Assembly: GCF_006345805.1 (NCBI RefSeq)
Contig: NC_043000.1
Span: 88,350,001 to 88,414,000, forward strand
DNA: 64,000 nucleotides
From: Octopus sinensis
Lineage: Eukaryota
Reading direction: 5' to 3'
Shown here piece after piece: positions 11,961-25,927 of this stretch. Each line of letters starts with the position of its first letter. Position 1 is the stretch's first letter. A program made the position numbers and the translations under genes. Below the pieces are notes generated by a model. The model was not told where the DNA came from, made no database searches, and saw only the letters and a program-made list of their open reading frames with translations.

Positions 11961-13049
11961 CATCGTTCAACATAGGGTCAGAAGGAGAAAAATCATAAGT
12001 GTGAAACGAGAGCAACATATTCTCCCATATATATGTACCATCATTAATATCCTTTGTGTTTTTTGTGTGCATTCCTTTTATTGTGTGATGTATACTTTTT
12101 TGGTTTAAATTGATGCAAATTACCCTATATCTTTAAGTTTTCTTGCAGAGTTGTTATTGTAGTCGCAACACGTCATAATAGCGCTGATTAAGTTACAACT
12201 AATGTTATTATTTTTGTAATACGGGTACTACCTGATTCCCCACTGAGCAGAAGACTCTCAAGTGGATCATGCTGCTACACTTTTTGTATTTTGTCTCTAC
12301 ATCCTTCTTCATAAAGAGAACGAGCATATAAGTCTTGTAGAAAACTAGTTTAGGGTTCATTATCAGGCCAGCAAGTGATGCTATCATCACGCTAAGAGTT
12401 ATTCCCACTTAGTTCACTTTGAAAGCAGAACTGCTACTGACCAGTTTACTATACTCCTCTACCGCCTTTTAACAGGTACTCTGACTACAAGAGTGGAGTA
12501 CTTTCGATAGTCTGATCGTGCAAGAGGCCCTTCCTATATCTGTTGTAAAAGAGGAATTCACCTGACACACGTGATTGTAAATATTGTCGTTGCCTCCTGT
12601 TTATTATGACATAAATGTATCTATGCGCTGTGGTGTGGGCAATTACATTATGTCCTTAGGTAATTTGAAGAAATTTTGAAAATCAATACTTTCGGAGCCA
12701 CTTCATGGTGAACTTGTAAATAGTTCTTGTTTCCTCCAATATTTTCTGTTTTAAAAGACAAGGATATTAGATCAAATCTCAAAGTTTCCTACCTTACTTT
12801 TCTCGGTGTTCGTACGTTGAGCGCGTAGTGTCTTCCAAGGCCAAATTATTGAACTAAACGATTTTGCTTGTCACTTTTGCTTGTCACTTTTGCTTGTCTC
12901 ACTTGCCTGTTTCTGAAAACAAGAAAAGACAGCATGTTAAAAACATATCTTTTTAAATAAGTTTTTTTCTTAATTTGAAAACAAAGATGTAGACTCTGAT
13001 GGACAAAACAGACATGCAGAAGAAATATCTTAAAAGAGAAGTAAGCACA

Positions 13050-14080
13050 TTTCATTTATCAGCCTGCAGGGCACAAACAGGTACAGAAAATACAATTAAA
13101 CGTTTAGTATGGAGCTTAAATATACCCCATCCATAAACAATCTAGATGACTTGCTGTTATTGCTCCCTGTCAACTCTGGCACATTTTGGAAAATCCAGTC
13201 AGCACGTGTTAGAAAGTTGGAAGCTTGTGAGTAGGTTTCTGAAGCTTTTACACCCTCTTTCTTAATGTGCTAATCCATACAACTACCCTATGCAACTAAA
13301 ACACAATTTCAATCTCTCTCCACTGGTAGTGATCGGGATATCTCCACGAAAGTTTGAAGAGACCTGAAATATCAGTCCGTTCTGCCCTGTTGTGGGTACT
13401 AGTATTAAAGCACCACCTTCGTGAGCGTTGAAACCCAGAACAAGCAATTTGCGGTCTGAATCCAGGAAACTGCTTGCACCATAAGATATAAGGACTTGCA
13501 AAATGACACTGCTCCGTCACCCAATTTTAGCGGACCACGAGATGAGAATATCTCACATTTATCGAAAATAGGCACAGTGTGTGTGTGCTCTAGTAATCCT
13601 AGTCTTGCCAAGGACAACCGTATCTGTGTCAAGCGACCTGAGATCGCTCATCAAGTGAATTGCTTCTAAGTTGATCCCAGGCCGCACATATTTATACGCC
13701 CAACTCTAAAGACAGTTAGATCTGTCGGATAGAAAACAAAAGTGGAAAGAGGCACACTTCTTTACTCTTTTGGAGATCGGTTGATAAAGATGGAAGTGTT
13801 GAAAGGGTTTACAACGCATTTCTGTTGTACGATTTTCTGAGAAGCTCAATTCCTTTTAATTCTCCATGTCTCTGTAAATCTGTTTGTAATAAAAGTTTAG
13901 CTTTGGGAATTTTGAAGAGGAGCTTTTCAAAGCTTTCCCTATTGATGGAAATGCTTTTGTTGATTATTATATTTTCTATCAAAACAACATTGAAATGAAT
14001 GGAATTTTCTTTCGTATTTGCGTTTCCTGTTCTTGGACTCGTGGCTGCTTCCGATTTTATCTGTGCTTGTGGTTGGGATT
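13050..14080 (-). mobile_element. LINE remnant, APE endonuclease region
   Basis: ORF 13283-13501 has RKLLVLGFNAH...TTGQNG, resembling the GDFNAH motif with the D deleted. There are multiple frameshifts. Confidence 0.5.
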
Positions 14081-14139
14081 TTAATAATAATAATAAAAGT
14101 AGTAGTAGTAGTAGTAGTAGTAGTAACAACAACAACAAC

Positions 14140-14182
<43 letters not shown>

Positions 14183-14545
14183 GTAATAATAATCCATCAT
14201 GTCTATTTGATTCCAGAATCGTAAATAAAGAAGACAAAAAACAAAAATTACTAACTTTTAAAATTTGAAATTGCAAGAAATTGGAATATGAAAACTGTAA
14301 AGGTCGTGTCTATAATAATTGGTGTATTGAGAGTTGTAAGTAAAGATAAAGACAAATGGTTGAAGGAGATTGAAATAATATGTCCGTAGAGCTCCTTAGA
14401 GCAAGAAAGATTATCAGGAGGGTTCTAGGCACATGAAAGACTAATGAAAGCTAGTGGATACCTAAGGTTACAGGTAGTAACTGGCAACTGACATAAATCA
14501 TACCAGGAATAAGACCAAAGTTGAGTCAAATCAAAAATGATGATG

Positions 14546-14639
<94 letters not shown>

Positions 14640-15001
14640 GTAATAATAATCCATCATGTCTATTTGATTCCAGAATCGTAAATAAAGAAGACAAAAAACA
14701 AAAATTACTAACTTTTAAAATTTGAATTGCAAGAAATTGGAATATGAAAACTGTAAAGGTCGTGTCTATAATAATTGGTGTATTGAGAGTTGTAAGTAAA
14801 GATAAAGACAAATGGTTGAAGGAGATTGAAATAATATGTCCGTAGAGCTCCTTAGAGCAAGAAAGATTATCAGGAGGGTTCTAGGCACATGAAAGACTAA
14901 TGAAAGCTAGTGGATACCTAAGGTTACAGGTAGTAACTGGCAACTGACATAAATCATACCAGGAATAAGACCAAAGTTGAGTCAAATCAAAAATGATGAT
15001 G

Positions 15002-15095
<94 letters not shown>

Positions 15096-15457
15096 GTAAT
15101 AATAATCCATCATGTCTATTTGATTCCAGAATCGTAAATAAAGAAGACAAAAAACAAAAATTACTAACTTTTAAAATTTGAATTGCAAGAAATTGGAATA
15201 TGAAAACTGTAAAGGTCGTGTCTATAATAATTGGTGTATTGAGAGTTGTAAGTAAAGATAAAGACAAATGGTTGAAGGAGATTGAAATAATATGTCCGTA
15301 GAGCTCCTTAGAGCAAGAAAGATTATCAGGAGGGTTCTAGGCACATGAAAGACTAATGAAAGCTAGTGGATACCTAAGGTTACAGGTAGTAACTGGCAAC
15401 TGACATAAATCATACCAGGAATAAGACCAAAGTTGAGTCAAATCAAAAATGATGATG

Positions 15458-15526
<69 letters not shown>
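14080..15526 (+). repeat. Three tandem near-identical copies (period 456-457 bp) of a REL-type LINE 3' end, separated by (AAT)n
   Basis: ccatcatgtctatttgattcc starts at 14194, 14651 and 15107. The unit encodes a decayed FEIARNWNMKTVKVVSIIIGVL...ARKIIRRVLGT* C-terminus, followed by a 3' UTR and (AAT)n. Confidence 0.92.
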
Positions 15527-15527
<1 letters not shown>

Positions 15528-17399
15528 CTCATGTTGGCTCAGAGAAAATATTAACAATGACAAATAGTAAAAAAAATGAATATAATAATATCAGGGATGA
15601 TGATGATGATGATAATAATAATAAAAGGAAGCGATTGGAATCTCCCAATGCTCTGATTGATGATACATCTAGTGATAGTGTCACAATAAAAACACTGGTA
15701 ATTGCGCAACCTGATAATCGCTACCTCAAATGAGTGACAATGAAAAAACTAACCATTGTGAATAACGGTGGTAATGAAACCGAAGCCTTTGATGGTAACA
15801 GTGTTTGTACCCAGCCGGCTCAGAGATACTGGTCCGACTCCAGCCTGTCGTTATCCAGCAAGAGACCAGCACATACGGCAGAGATGGAACAAACAAGTCA
15901 ATGCTGTGGTCATGGAGTGTTACTACCTGAGCAACCCCGTAGACGAAAATGGTGTTCATCTTAGGGGATACCGACAGGGTATGTATGATCAACGGAGATT
16001 ATTGTTTCATCTCGTGGAATAGGGATTATGTGATCAAGCTAGAGCAATTAGAAAAACTCGTTTGTTCACAGAAGTAAAGCTCTCGAAGCTATCAAAAGAC
16101 GGGTATTGGAAAACAGCAGCAGAGGAAACAATGAAAATACAGTTCCTACTGATAAAAGTAGTCTCATAGCAGAAAACAGAGGGGAAATCTATGATACACC
16201 ACAGGAAAGGAACAGTGATAGCTTGCTCGATGAGAGACATATAGATGGTTTGGAAGAAGACAATAAAACTAATGGTGACATGACAGATGGGCAAAAGGTA
16301 ATCTACGACAGAAAAAAGTAAAGCTACAAAAGGACTATAGTGACATTATTTACAATCTTTAAAAGGTTGATCGGCGGGAATTGAACCAAGAAACGAAAAA
16401 TGTCAATGAAATTCTGAAATACATCAGAACAAAAAACATCACAGAAAAAATTTGATCAACGCAGCAAGTATTGCTTTAGAAGAAAATGTGAGTATTGATG
16501 TCAAGGTAAGGAGTTATAATGTGAGTGACAAAAGAAAAGATACATGGTGGAAAAGAGAAATACAGGCGGGGTTAGATATGCTCTTAATGGACATTTATGT
16601 GTTAGACCGAAAAGAGAAGGGGTACTTAAATGCGAGCAAAAATACAGTGCACTGAACAGAAAGTATGATATTGAAAGAAAGGGCATGAAAGTGGTAATAG
16701 AGGAACTCAAACAGCGCCTCGTTGTAAAGAAAGCAAAAATGTTAAAATATGAACAAAGAATGAAAGGATACCAGCAGAATAGGTCATTCACAGTAGATCA
16801 GGAGAGATTCTGCAAAGAATAAATGGAGAGTGTACAGATGAAAAGTTGATACCAGATAACTATGAAAGTCGAAGGTTTGAGGTGACATCTGAGCAAAGAC
16901 AAGGAGCACAAGGAGGATGGTTGCAAGAACTGAAACAAGCAGTAGTATGTCTAAAATAAGTAGAACTAGTCATTTCAGTTAGGGAAGTGAAAGAAATCAG
17001 CTAAAATCTGAGCAACTGGAAGGCCCCGGGACCAGATGGAGTTCAAGGCTACTGAATCAAAAGATTTGGTGAATGTCATGCATGAATAGCTGCACAATTA
17101 CAAGCCGACCACGTAGCACCAGAGTGGTTGACGATGGTTAGGATAATGCTGTGCTTGAAAAACATTAAAAAAAGGCAATACGGTAGACAATTACAGGCCG
17201 ATATCCTGCTTGCCACTTATGTGGAAATTATTGACTGGAATGGTCGCAGAGTCAATGTACGGACATCTGGAAAAAATGGAGTCCTGCCACAGGAACAGAA
17301 AGGTCGCAAGCGTAAGTGTAGATGTACCAAGGATCAACTTCTCGTAGACAAAACTGTACTTATTGACTGCAAGAGGAGGAAAAGTAACTTAGTCATGGC

Positions 17400-17442
<43 letters not shown>

Positions 17443-18200
17443 GCTGAAGAATGTAATCTTGACAGAAAAATACGAAAATTGTTGACAATGCATAGAATGC
17501 ACCATCCTAAAGCTGTTATAGAACTACTTTACCTAGATAAGAAGGTGGCCTTAGATTCTTACAACTTGAATTAACAATGAAGATTGCCACAATTGGCCAA
17601 TACACCTACCTGATAAACTCTGATGACTGGATGCTAAAACTTGTCTCAAAGCACGAAAGCAAGAAAGCATCTACTCAGTAACAAAACAGGCAAAGGTATA
17701 TCTAAGTGATATAAACAACAAATTCTGAAATTAGACGTAGTAGAAACAAGCAGAAAAAGCTAAGCACATGAAAACCCGTGCTAAAACTGCTGCTTTATAT
17801 ATTCTTACTGACGAATAGCAAGAACAACCTCCCAAAGGCAAATACCCAAAGAGAGTTAATAATGCCGATGTTGACAAAGCCCTTACCCATCAATGGTTAA
17901 TATCTGCTATGAACGGTTTATCATAGCAGCCCAAGATCAATGCCCATCTACAAGGAACTTCCATTCCAACATATTAAATAACGAAAATAGCCCAACATGT
18001 CGTGTATGTAAACAACAAAATGAAACCATTGCTCAAGCTGTCTCCATGTACAGTCGTCTTCCGCTTACAGAGTATCTCAACAGGCATGATAGAGCAGTGC
18101 AGTACTGGGTAATTTGCAAAACTTGAACCTGCTCCATAATAAAAACTGATGGGAACACAAACCACCTCCAGTGCTTGAAAATGATCACATCTCTCTCCTC
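15527..18200 (+). mobile_element. REL-type (R4/Dong/NeSL-like) LINE, decayed, N-terminus through RT with internal deletion
   Basis: [59 protein letters not shown] zinc-finger region and VLENDHISLLWNF. (AAT)n at 17399-17441. Confidence 0.85.
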
Positions 18201-18381
18201 TGGAACTTTACGTGTCGTTTAGTGGTGTTGATTTTCTACTAGTTTCATTAAGGATTGACAAATCTTTTCTCTTATTTTCTATTTTGTCTGGATGTTATTC
18301 ATCCAAAGGATTGTATTGGTTGTAATACTCCTGTTTAGAGTATGCAGCTTCTTCTTTGGCCACAGAAGCGGCTGCATATAT

Positions 18382-18528
18382 TATTAGGTTGTCCCAAAAG
18401 TTCGTAAACACTTGCGAAAATAGAATTTTTACTCGCCAAGTACTAACAAAAACAACAAAAATTATTCCTCAAAATAAAGACCATTATTTTCCAAGACTTT
18501 CTACGAACTTTTGGGACAACCTTAAATA
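18382..18528. mobile_element. Mariner-type MITE, about 147 bp
   Basis: TIRs ggttgtcccaaaagttcgta / tacgaacttttgggacaacc with TA-rich ends. Confidence 0.8.
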
Positions 18529-18539
18529 TCATTTAGCCT

Positions 18540-19057
18540 GGTCATACTGACAAAAAAAGATGGTATTGGCACACACCAGAAAAGGTCACAGAAAACGAGA
18601 AAGCAACTATACTCTGGGATATGCCAATATACACAGATAGAGAAATGAAGGCCAATAGGCTGAATATAGTTGTCAGAGATCACCAAGAAAAAATGCTTTC
18701 TAATCGATGGTTCAAATACCGACAGATAACAAGGCTTCTTTAAAAGAAGTGGAGAAAATTTCAAAATACAAATATCTGGAAATATAAGTAATTCGAATGG
18801 AGAGCTTAAAAACAGAAACAATTCCTATAATAGTAGGCGCATTAGGTATGATAAACAAACATTCAGACAAATATATAACAGGATTAACAAGTATATGTAA
18901 AATGCAGAAAATAGCACAACTAGGCACCGTACACATCCAACGTAAAACACTTTCAATACAGTGAAAGTAAGAGTACCATAGCAAACCACAGCCCTACCCA
19001 AGGCACACAGAGCTGCGCTCGGTAGTGCATTGAAAACACGCGACAAAAATAAGACTA

Positions 19058-19130
<73 letters not shown>
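18540..19130 (+). mobile_element. REL-type LINE 3' end with (AAT)n tail
   Basis: HTPEKVTENEKATILWDMPIYTDREMKANR, KYKYLEI, TIPIIVGALG and AQLGTVHI motifs, with (AAT)n at 19062-19130. Confidence 0.85.
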
Positions 19131-19135
<5 letters not shown>

Positions 19136-20320
19136 GTTGGGGTATAACTAGGGAAGAGGTAAGGAAAACTGAACTACTTACTATTCATGGACGGCTTTGA
19201 AGTTATTCACAAAACCTGAGGCAGAAGTGGACAGCCTAGTTCAGTTTCTGCGGATTTTCCCAATGATACTGAGATGGTGTTTGAGTTCTCAACACGTGCT
19301 ACGATGATGATGAGACGAGGAAAGCTTGTCATGACAGAATGCATAATTTGAGATGATGAAGTTAATTCAACCTCAGTCCAACTATAAATACCTGAGAATA
19401 CTTGAAGTATGGAATTAAACACAACGACATCAAGACAAAGACAAAAAGAGATTACCTGCGGCAAGTGAGAAAAATACTGGCTTCAAAGCTGAATGCCAGA
19501 AACATAATTTCGGCAATAAACTCATACGCCCTCGCAGTAGTTCGATATGGCGCTGGAATCCTGAAGTGACCGAGAGCACTATACTGACAGTGCAAGACCA
19601 AGCTTTGGCCACGAACTGGAGGGTCAAACTTTGGAATGAGCAAGTGTCTCCGCAGACGAAACCATTTGGATGAAACCATTGCCTAAATCACAAACGAATG
19701 ACCTAAACTTGCCCTAAACCACTAAAAGCTGTGACGACATGATCAGGTAGCGAAAGCGCTACATTGGAAACTGTGCAAAACGTGGGTGCTAGAGAGAGAA
19801 CACACCGCAGAGAGTGGCGGAATCGGAGACTAGCAAAATCCTCTGGGATTTTCCAATCCAAACAGATCAGGTGCTAGAGCATAGAAAACCGAGCCTAGTG
19901 TTGGTCGACAAGATGCACCACATGTGCTATATAGTTGATGTTGTGTGCCCCTTTGACCCACGAATAGTCAAGAAGGAAGGCGAGAAAGTAGATATATACA
20001 ACCCACTTAAGTGCGAAATAGCCAGGCTATGGTAAATGAAGGTGAAGATAGTGCCAATTATTGTTGGGTCGTTGGGGACAGTATCAGAGGGTATCAAGGG
20101 GCATATCAAGTAAATTGGAATACAGTGCCCAGTAGAACTGTTAGAAAAGTTTTGCCGGCTAGGCACGGTCAGATTAATCAGGAAAGTATGAGATAGCTGA
20201 AAAGAGCGGACAGCATGGTGCCGTATGCTGCAGGTAGCAATCCCGCCACGCATGCAAGACTCCAGAAGTTCCAATAAAACTTGTGATAAAAAGAAACAAC
20301 AACAACAACAACAGCAACTT
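19131..20320 (+). mobile_element. REL-type LINE, RT C-terminus to 3' end, (AAC)n tail
   Basis: Decayed FMDxLKLF motif, then KILWDFPIQTDQVLEHRKPSLVLVDK...VVCPFD...YNPLKCEIARLW and VPIIVGSLG. Confidence 0.85.
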
Positions 20321-20674
20321 AGATACTGCAAGAAAAACGATCGTTCTTAATCTTAACAGTATGATCGTTTACATTGTTATAGACTCTTATATATTAATTC
20401 TACATACAACTACTTTAGTGTGTGATCAGAGATATGCAATCATAGGATAGTATTTGGTACTAATGGAACGACGCACAGTAGTTTTCAGAAAGAAGATTTT
20501 TTAATGATAAATAGCATCCCTAAAGCTTATAAATATTTGTGAAACTTTATCATAAGAATTTTTTTTTAATTGAATAATCGCATGCATGTCTTCATGTACA
20601 TGTAGGAAACAACGTTTTGATGCGTCTGATACCATCTCACTAATGAAAGATAATGTGCCTTGTATATTACATAA

Positions 20675-20980
20675 GGTGGAAGCACATGGCCTAGTGGTTA
20701 GAGCAGCGGACTCGCGGTCGAGGGATCATGGGTTCGAATCTCAGACCGGGTGATGTGTGTGTTTATGAGCGAAATACCTAAGCTCCATGTGGCTCCGGCA
20801 GAAGATAATGGCGAACTTCTGCTGACTCTTTTGCCAGAACTTTCTCTCACCCTTTCCCCCTGCATGTTGCAGCTCACCTGCGACGGACCAGGTGGAGAAT
20901 CTATACGCCAAGGAAACCGGGAAACCGGCCCTTATGAGCCATGCATGGCTCGAGAAGAAACAAATAACAAACATATTCCG
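20675..20980 (+). mobile_element. tRNA-derived SINE (third family)
   Basis: A box TGGCCTAGTGG and B box GGTTCGAATC, followed by a non-tRNA body and an A-rich end. Confidence 0.75.
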
Positions 20981-22534
20981 TAAGTGCTATAACTTCTTGT
21001 TACATATGTTATTTGTTCGCACGTATCAAGGAGACAAAAGAATGGATTATAATATCGATTTCCATCTCTATAGGAAGAGTAAACTTTCCGAGAGTTCACC
21101 CTCTCTCTTGACAGTGTTTAAATCATTTAGCTATTAGGCTAAACACGACTGGATCCCGATTCAAATACCCTGAAAGGACATCCGACCAATTTTTTTTATG
21201 TGGGTGACTACAAGTTGTACGATACCGGCGGTAAACAATGAGAAACATTGCTATATGTAGTATACGGATTTACGTGATGAAATGATAAAAAACAAACAAA
21301 CAAATCCTGTTAATAAATCGTGCAACGGTAACCTTCACGAGATGATAATAAATGAGAAATAATCCGAGATAAGAGATAAAGCTGATAAAAGAATTGAAAC
21401 CAATACTCCAGACATCTCAGTAATTTGTTAGAATTGTAATATTTTGAACGTGACGGGAATTAAATTGGCAAAGCTGGTATAGACAACAAAGTAAAAATTG
21501 AATTTACAATTCCCCACTCAAAACACCCCGTAAAACAATTATAATATCGCGGATACAAAAAATAGTTTAAGACTGCAGCTAAATATAATGAAACACCTAT
21601 TCTAGGACCTATTCTAGTCAGGGTTAATGGAAAACTAATGCAAAAATCTAAAATTTATAGCGAAAAAGTAAAAAGAAATAAAGCTGCTTTCTCTGTTCAA
21701 GGAAGCCATCACAAGCATGTTGAATATTTGGAAAGAAAATAAATCTGATCAAAAAGTAATTTGGGATCCACACCGACTAACTATTTTGAGAAGCCACATT
21801 CCCAACAGCAAAATGATATTAGACATAGAAATAGACCCGTTTAAAGAAAAAATACAGAAGGAAAATACAAACAAAAATGCAAACAATGAAAAAACTTATA
21901 TTATAAACCTTATAAAGTAAACCAAAAATATAGTCGAAAAACTTATAAAAAAGCAAAATATAATAAAATCGCAACAAAATCAAGCCCTAGTATAACTACA
22001 AAAGACTGACCAACAACAACTCAAATATAAAGGAATATGTGAAAATATCTATTATAGAAAATTCTACAAATGGAAATTGAGAATAATATAAGGATAATCT
22101 AAGGTGGAGGAGATATGTTAAATTACTAACATCGATGTGTATTAATAAGGCCCAATGAAAGGATTAAGAATATTAATATGGACCAACAAAATAGAGAACT
22201 TCATATTAAAATAGTAAAACACACACATACACACACACACGCATGCGCACGCACACACACACACACACACACTTGCGCGCGCGCACCCACATACACGCGC
22301 ACACATAAACACACAGCATTGTTTACCATCGTTATGTTTTAGCATGAAATATACTGACAACTGGTTTCTCAGCAACAAAAATTTAAATTCTTAAAATCCT
22401 TTTGCTGAGTAAATCGATAATTTTTCTTGCAAATCAAAACGATGCGATCATTTTGAGGTATTTTGGCAAATATTTACCATAAACCTTTGCCAATTCTAAA
22501 ATGAACTCTTTCTTAAACGACGTCTTTCTGGATC

Positions 22535-23121
22535 TTTACCTTTTGAGCTACAGATTTAAAATATAATTTTTGTTACTAAACAATTTCAAACTTCGGACAC
22601 TGGTAGAATGTGTCATATAAAACATGTTTTACTCTTAGCATTTTTGCAAAAAACTTATATTTACTTAGTTATTTCACCTTAAAGTTCTCGTATTTCGGTA
22701 ATTTCAACCATTCAATGACGTGTATTCAGCTGAATAAAATTATTACTGTTGTTTTTCAACAAGAACTTACGGCGGTGTATATTTCGTTTGTTACTGTTGT
22801 TTATGACAACCCTAACCCTAAAACCTTAAAACCAGTACAAACGCACGAACGATGCCATAAATAACAATGACAAATGAAAAATACACCGCCGATAGTTGAC
22901 AAACAACGGCAGTAATTTTATTCAGCTGAATACACGTCATTGATTGGTTGAAATTACCGAAATACGAGAACTTTAAGGTGAAATAACTAAGGAAATATAA
23001 GTTTTTCTCAAAAATGCTAAGAGTAAAACATGTTTTATATGACACTGTCTACCAGTGTCCGAAATTTGAAAGTGTTTAGTTACAATATATTATTTTTTAA
23101 ATCTGTAAGTCAAAAGGTAAA
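22535..23121. mobile_element. Foldback/MITE with about 270-bp inverted arms
   Basis: 22535-22806 is the approximate reverse complement of 22856-23121, around a spacer of about 50 bp. Confidence 0.85.
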
Positions 23122-25281
23122 CCGGCTTTCTTATTAGCGGGCTGAAAAACCGTAATTTTTTTTTTTTTGAAACAGAAAACCCATCAAACAATATATTGTT
23201 TCTATTAAAGATATTGTTGTTTGTATTAATAACCATGTTTGTGTAAGTAGATTCAAATCTTCCTTAGTGCTGCACGCAAACATACTTCATAACGAGAGAG
23301 TATTTTGTATATATTCTGCCAAAATCTTTTCTATTACATTTTGACAAGTGGCGCCTTCGGTTTAATGTCGTAAGGCACACGTTTTCATTTCAACCGAGCA
23401 ATAATAATATTAATAGTAAAATGTATTTAATATTGATGGTATTCAACTCCGTGGTTCTGTAAAAACACTTCATTCTTTCATTCTATCTGATTAGAGCAAG
23501 AAAGATTCAATATTAGGGGTCAGAAAAATGTTGGGATTAATACCTACTTTGTCATCAGCAGAGATACATACGTCTCCAGTCTTTTCCTACAATTACAATA
23601 AGAGATACATACTAGTTTCCATTATGTGAAATATGCTGTCTGTCAAATAGTCCGGCACCAGTTTAGGAGGTTCAGAGTATTACGGGATTCAAAGTGTTAA
23701 TTAATGGAGTACATTTTCTTGCAATTTGATACTGATTTTATAGAATTTATACACGCCTGTATCTTGAATTTTAGACGTAACAGAGTTGGTTGATCCTATA
23801 CATATTTAGTATAACAATTCCAATTTTCTATTATGAGAATTATCGGAAGTGCCGTCAAAGATGCCTAAGGTTTTGACTGTTGATAATCAAACTTTCAAAG
23901 TTTTAGACAGCTTTTGAGAAGTCTTAATTAAACATAGAATGTTCAAAACTCCCTTGGAAATAAAATAATTTCGCTACTGATAACCACCTGCATACTGAGA
24001 TTGATGTTAATCAATTTAGCTTCATGCAATGGGATGCAATACATGGCTCGTAGCGTAAATATATACATTTCAGTGTCAGGCCTTCCATTATCAATTAATT
24101 CCACACGGCCCAATATTTACTTTTAGAGTTGCTGACTGATTAATAGTGCCTGTTGTTACTCAACTGACGAAAAGTGATTATTGTTATAAAATTTGCATTG
24201 CTTTCCAAGTACGTAGCTTTTCCTTTTAGCAAAAGCATTTATAACCATAGAAAGTGTATTTTGAAACTTCAATACGTTTAAAGAAGAACCATTGCATATT
24301 TCAAACTCTAACTCATCAGAAATTCTATACTGCTCAAATGGGAAAACAACTAATTTTGTATGAAGTTCACAAGTGCGTTAAGTAATATATTTCCAAGTAA
24401 GTTATTCGGAAGGTTTTGATTTATGGGAGTTCTAGAACAAGCTTTCCGAGAGTATTATTGTATCAGTCTTACTTGTATCAATCTAGTCATCTCGACGAAG
24501 ATTATTGAACTGACAACATTGAAACCAGTTACGAAGGCATAACGTAAGTTATAATTATCGTTTAAAATGTGTCCAAATGATGGAGTATTGACGTTATGGT
24601 CAGTGTAACCTCAATATAAATACACACACATGCACTCATATATATATATATATATATGTATATAGAGAGAGAGAGAGACAGAGACAGAGAGAGGGAGAGA
24701 GAGGAAAGAGAGAGAGATATACATACATACATGCATACATACATACATACATACATACATACATACATCAATAAATGCCTCAGTGGCAGTCTGTACAAGT
24801 TACTGTTTTCAGAAAAAGAAATCTACCAACTAACTCTCACATTACATACAAAATCTATTTGTGGAACAGCAAAAATAAGTCAGACTCTTCTCAAGTTTAA
24901 AATGTGAAGTTGTATTGTATTTGCTATCAATATTCCAACGATGGAGTTTTGCATCTGTGTTAGAAACTAGTTCCTTGCTCGGAGGAATAATTTAAATATA
25001 AAAAAAACAGAAGAGACCATACATACACACATACATAATTACGCACAGGCGCACAGAAACACACATAAACACGCGTGTATGTTATTGTGCAGTTTTATTT
25101 CAAGATTTCTTGCCAATAAAAAGCCAGTTTCTTACCTAAATTCAAGGTTTCTTCATTCGAATTTCAACATTAACAACAGGCTATTTTTGTATGTATGTAT
25201 GTATATGTACAGATTTGTATGTTTTAGTTGATGTATGTATTCCCATGCATATAGTTGCATATCTAGACATGATCATATAAA

Positions 25282-25321
<40 letters not shown>

Positions 25322-25339
25322 CATAAATACATATACATA

Positions 25340-25860
25340 GTGAAGACCCAAAAGATACTAAGCACATATAATTACCCCATAAACAGTGATGTAGACCGCC
25401 CCTACCTAGAACGAAAACAAGGCGGCAGAGGCTTAACATCGATCCAAAATGCTTGTGAATGTCGTATCATATACATTCGTCAACATCTTTTAAACACCAA
25501 GTGTCGAAGTACATCCCATGACCAAGTTAGCATACACGAGGCTGATAACATAAGACGTGGAAGGCAGCTCCTTGAGCAAGATTCTTTGTCTGATAACCTA
25601 GAAATACATGTCCAGAAAAGTTTCACGTATCATCAGATGAAAGGATGAGCCATTATGAGCAGAAGATTATACATGGGTATGTTAGTAGAAAGCTCTGAGA
25701 TGACAGTAACACCGATCTTCAAAGCAGTTTATCATGGACCAATAGCCGGGTTACAAGCTCCCACTTCGAATGGTAAACGTTTGCAATCCAGTGACAGGAA
25801 TATGAACCAAGTACCTAATGTACAAAAGGGATAGAGATGCTGGAAAAACAGTAAAATGTG
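25340..25860 (+). mobile_element. REL-type LINE internal fragment
   Basis: YPINSDVDRPYLERKQGGRGLTSI matches the conserved post-RT motif DVDRLYLxRxxGGRGL. Confidence 0.75.
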
Positions 25861-25883
25861 ACGAGCGATGCAGATTTTGTGGA

Positions 25884-25922
<39 letters not shown>

Positions 25923-25927
<5 letters not shown>

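Noticed and set aside
12798-12912. Segment with good acceptor and donor on -, containing three copies of a 13-bp repeat
   Set aside because: It has stops in all three frames. It could only be a non-coding exon, which cannot be supported from sequence alone.
14080-15526. Regular repeat array that might suggest CRISPR
   Set aside because: Whole 456-bp units are duplicated, with no unique spacers and no cas genes, in a eukaryotic context.
20675-20750. tRNA-like sequence with A and B boxes
   Set aside because: No complete cloverleaf or acceptor stem, and it continues into a SINE body.
22810-22822. CCCTAACCCTAA telomere-like motif
   Set aside because: Only two units, lying inside a foldback spacer, so it is not an interstitial telomere array.
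24473-24610. 46-codon open frame on - ending at a good donor (GYTDHNVNTPSFGHILNDNYNLRYAFVTGFNVVSSIIFVEMTRLIQ|gtaaga)
   Set aside because: The acceptor is weak (GAG with no pyrimidine tract) and the peptide is unrecognised. It is worth checking only with RNA-seq.
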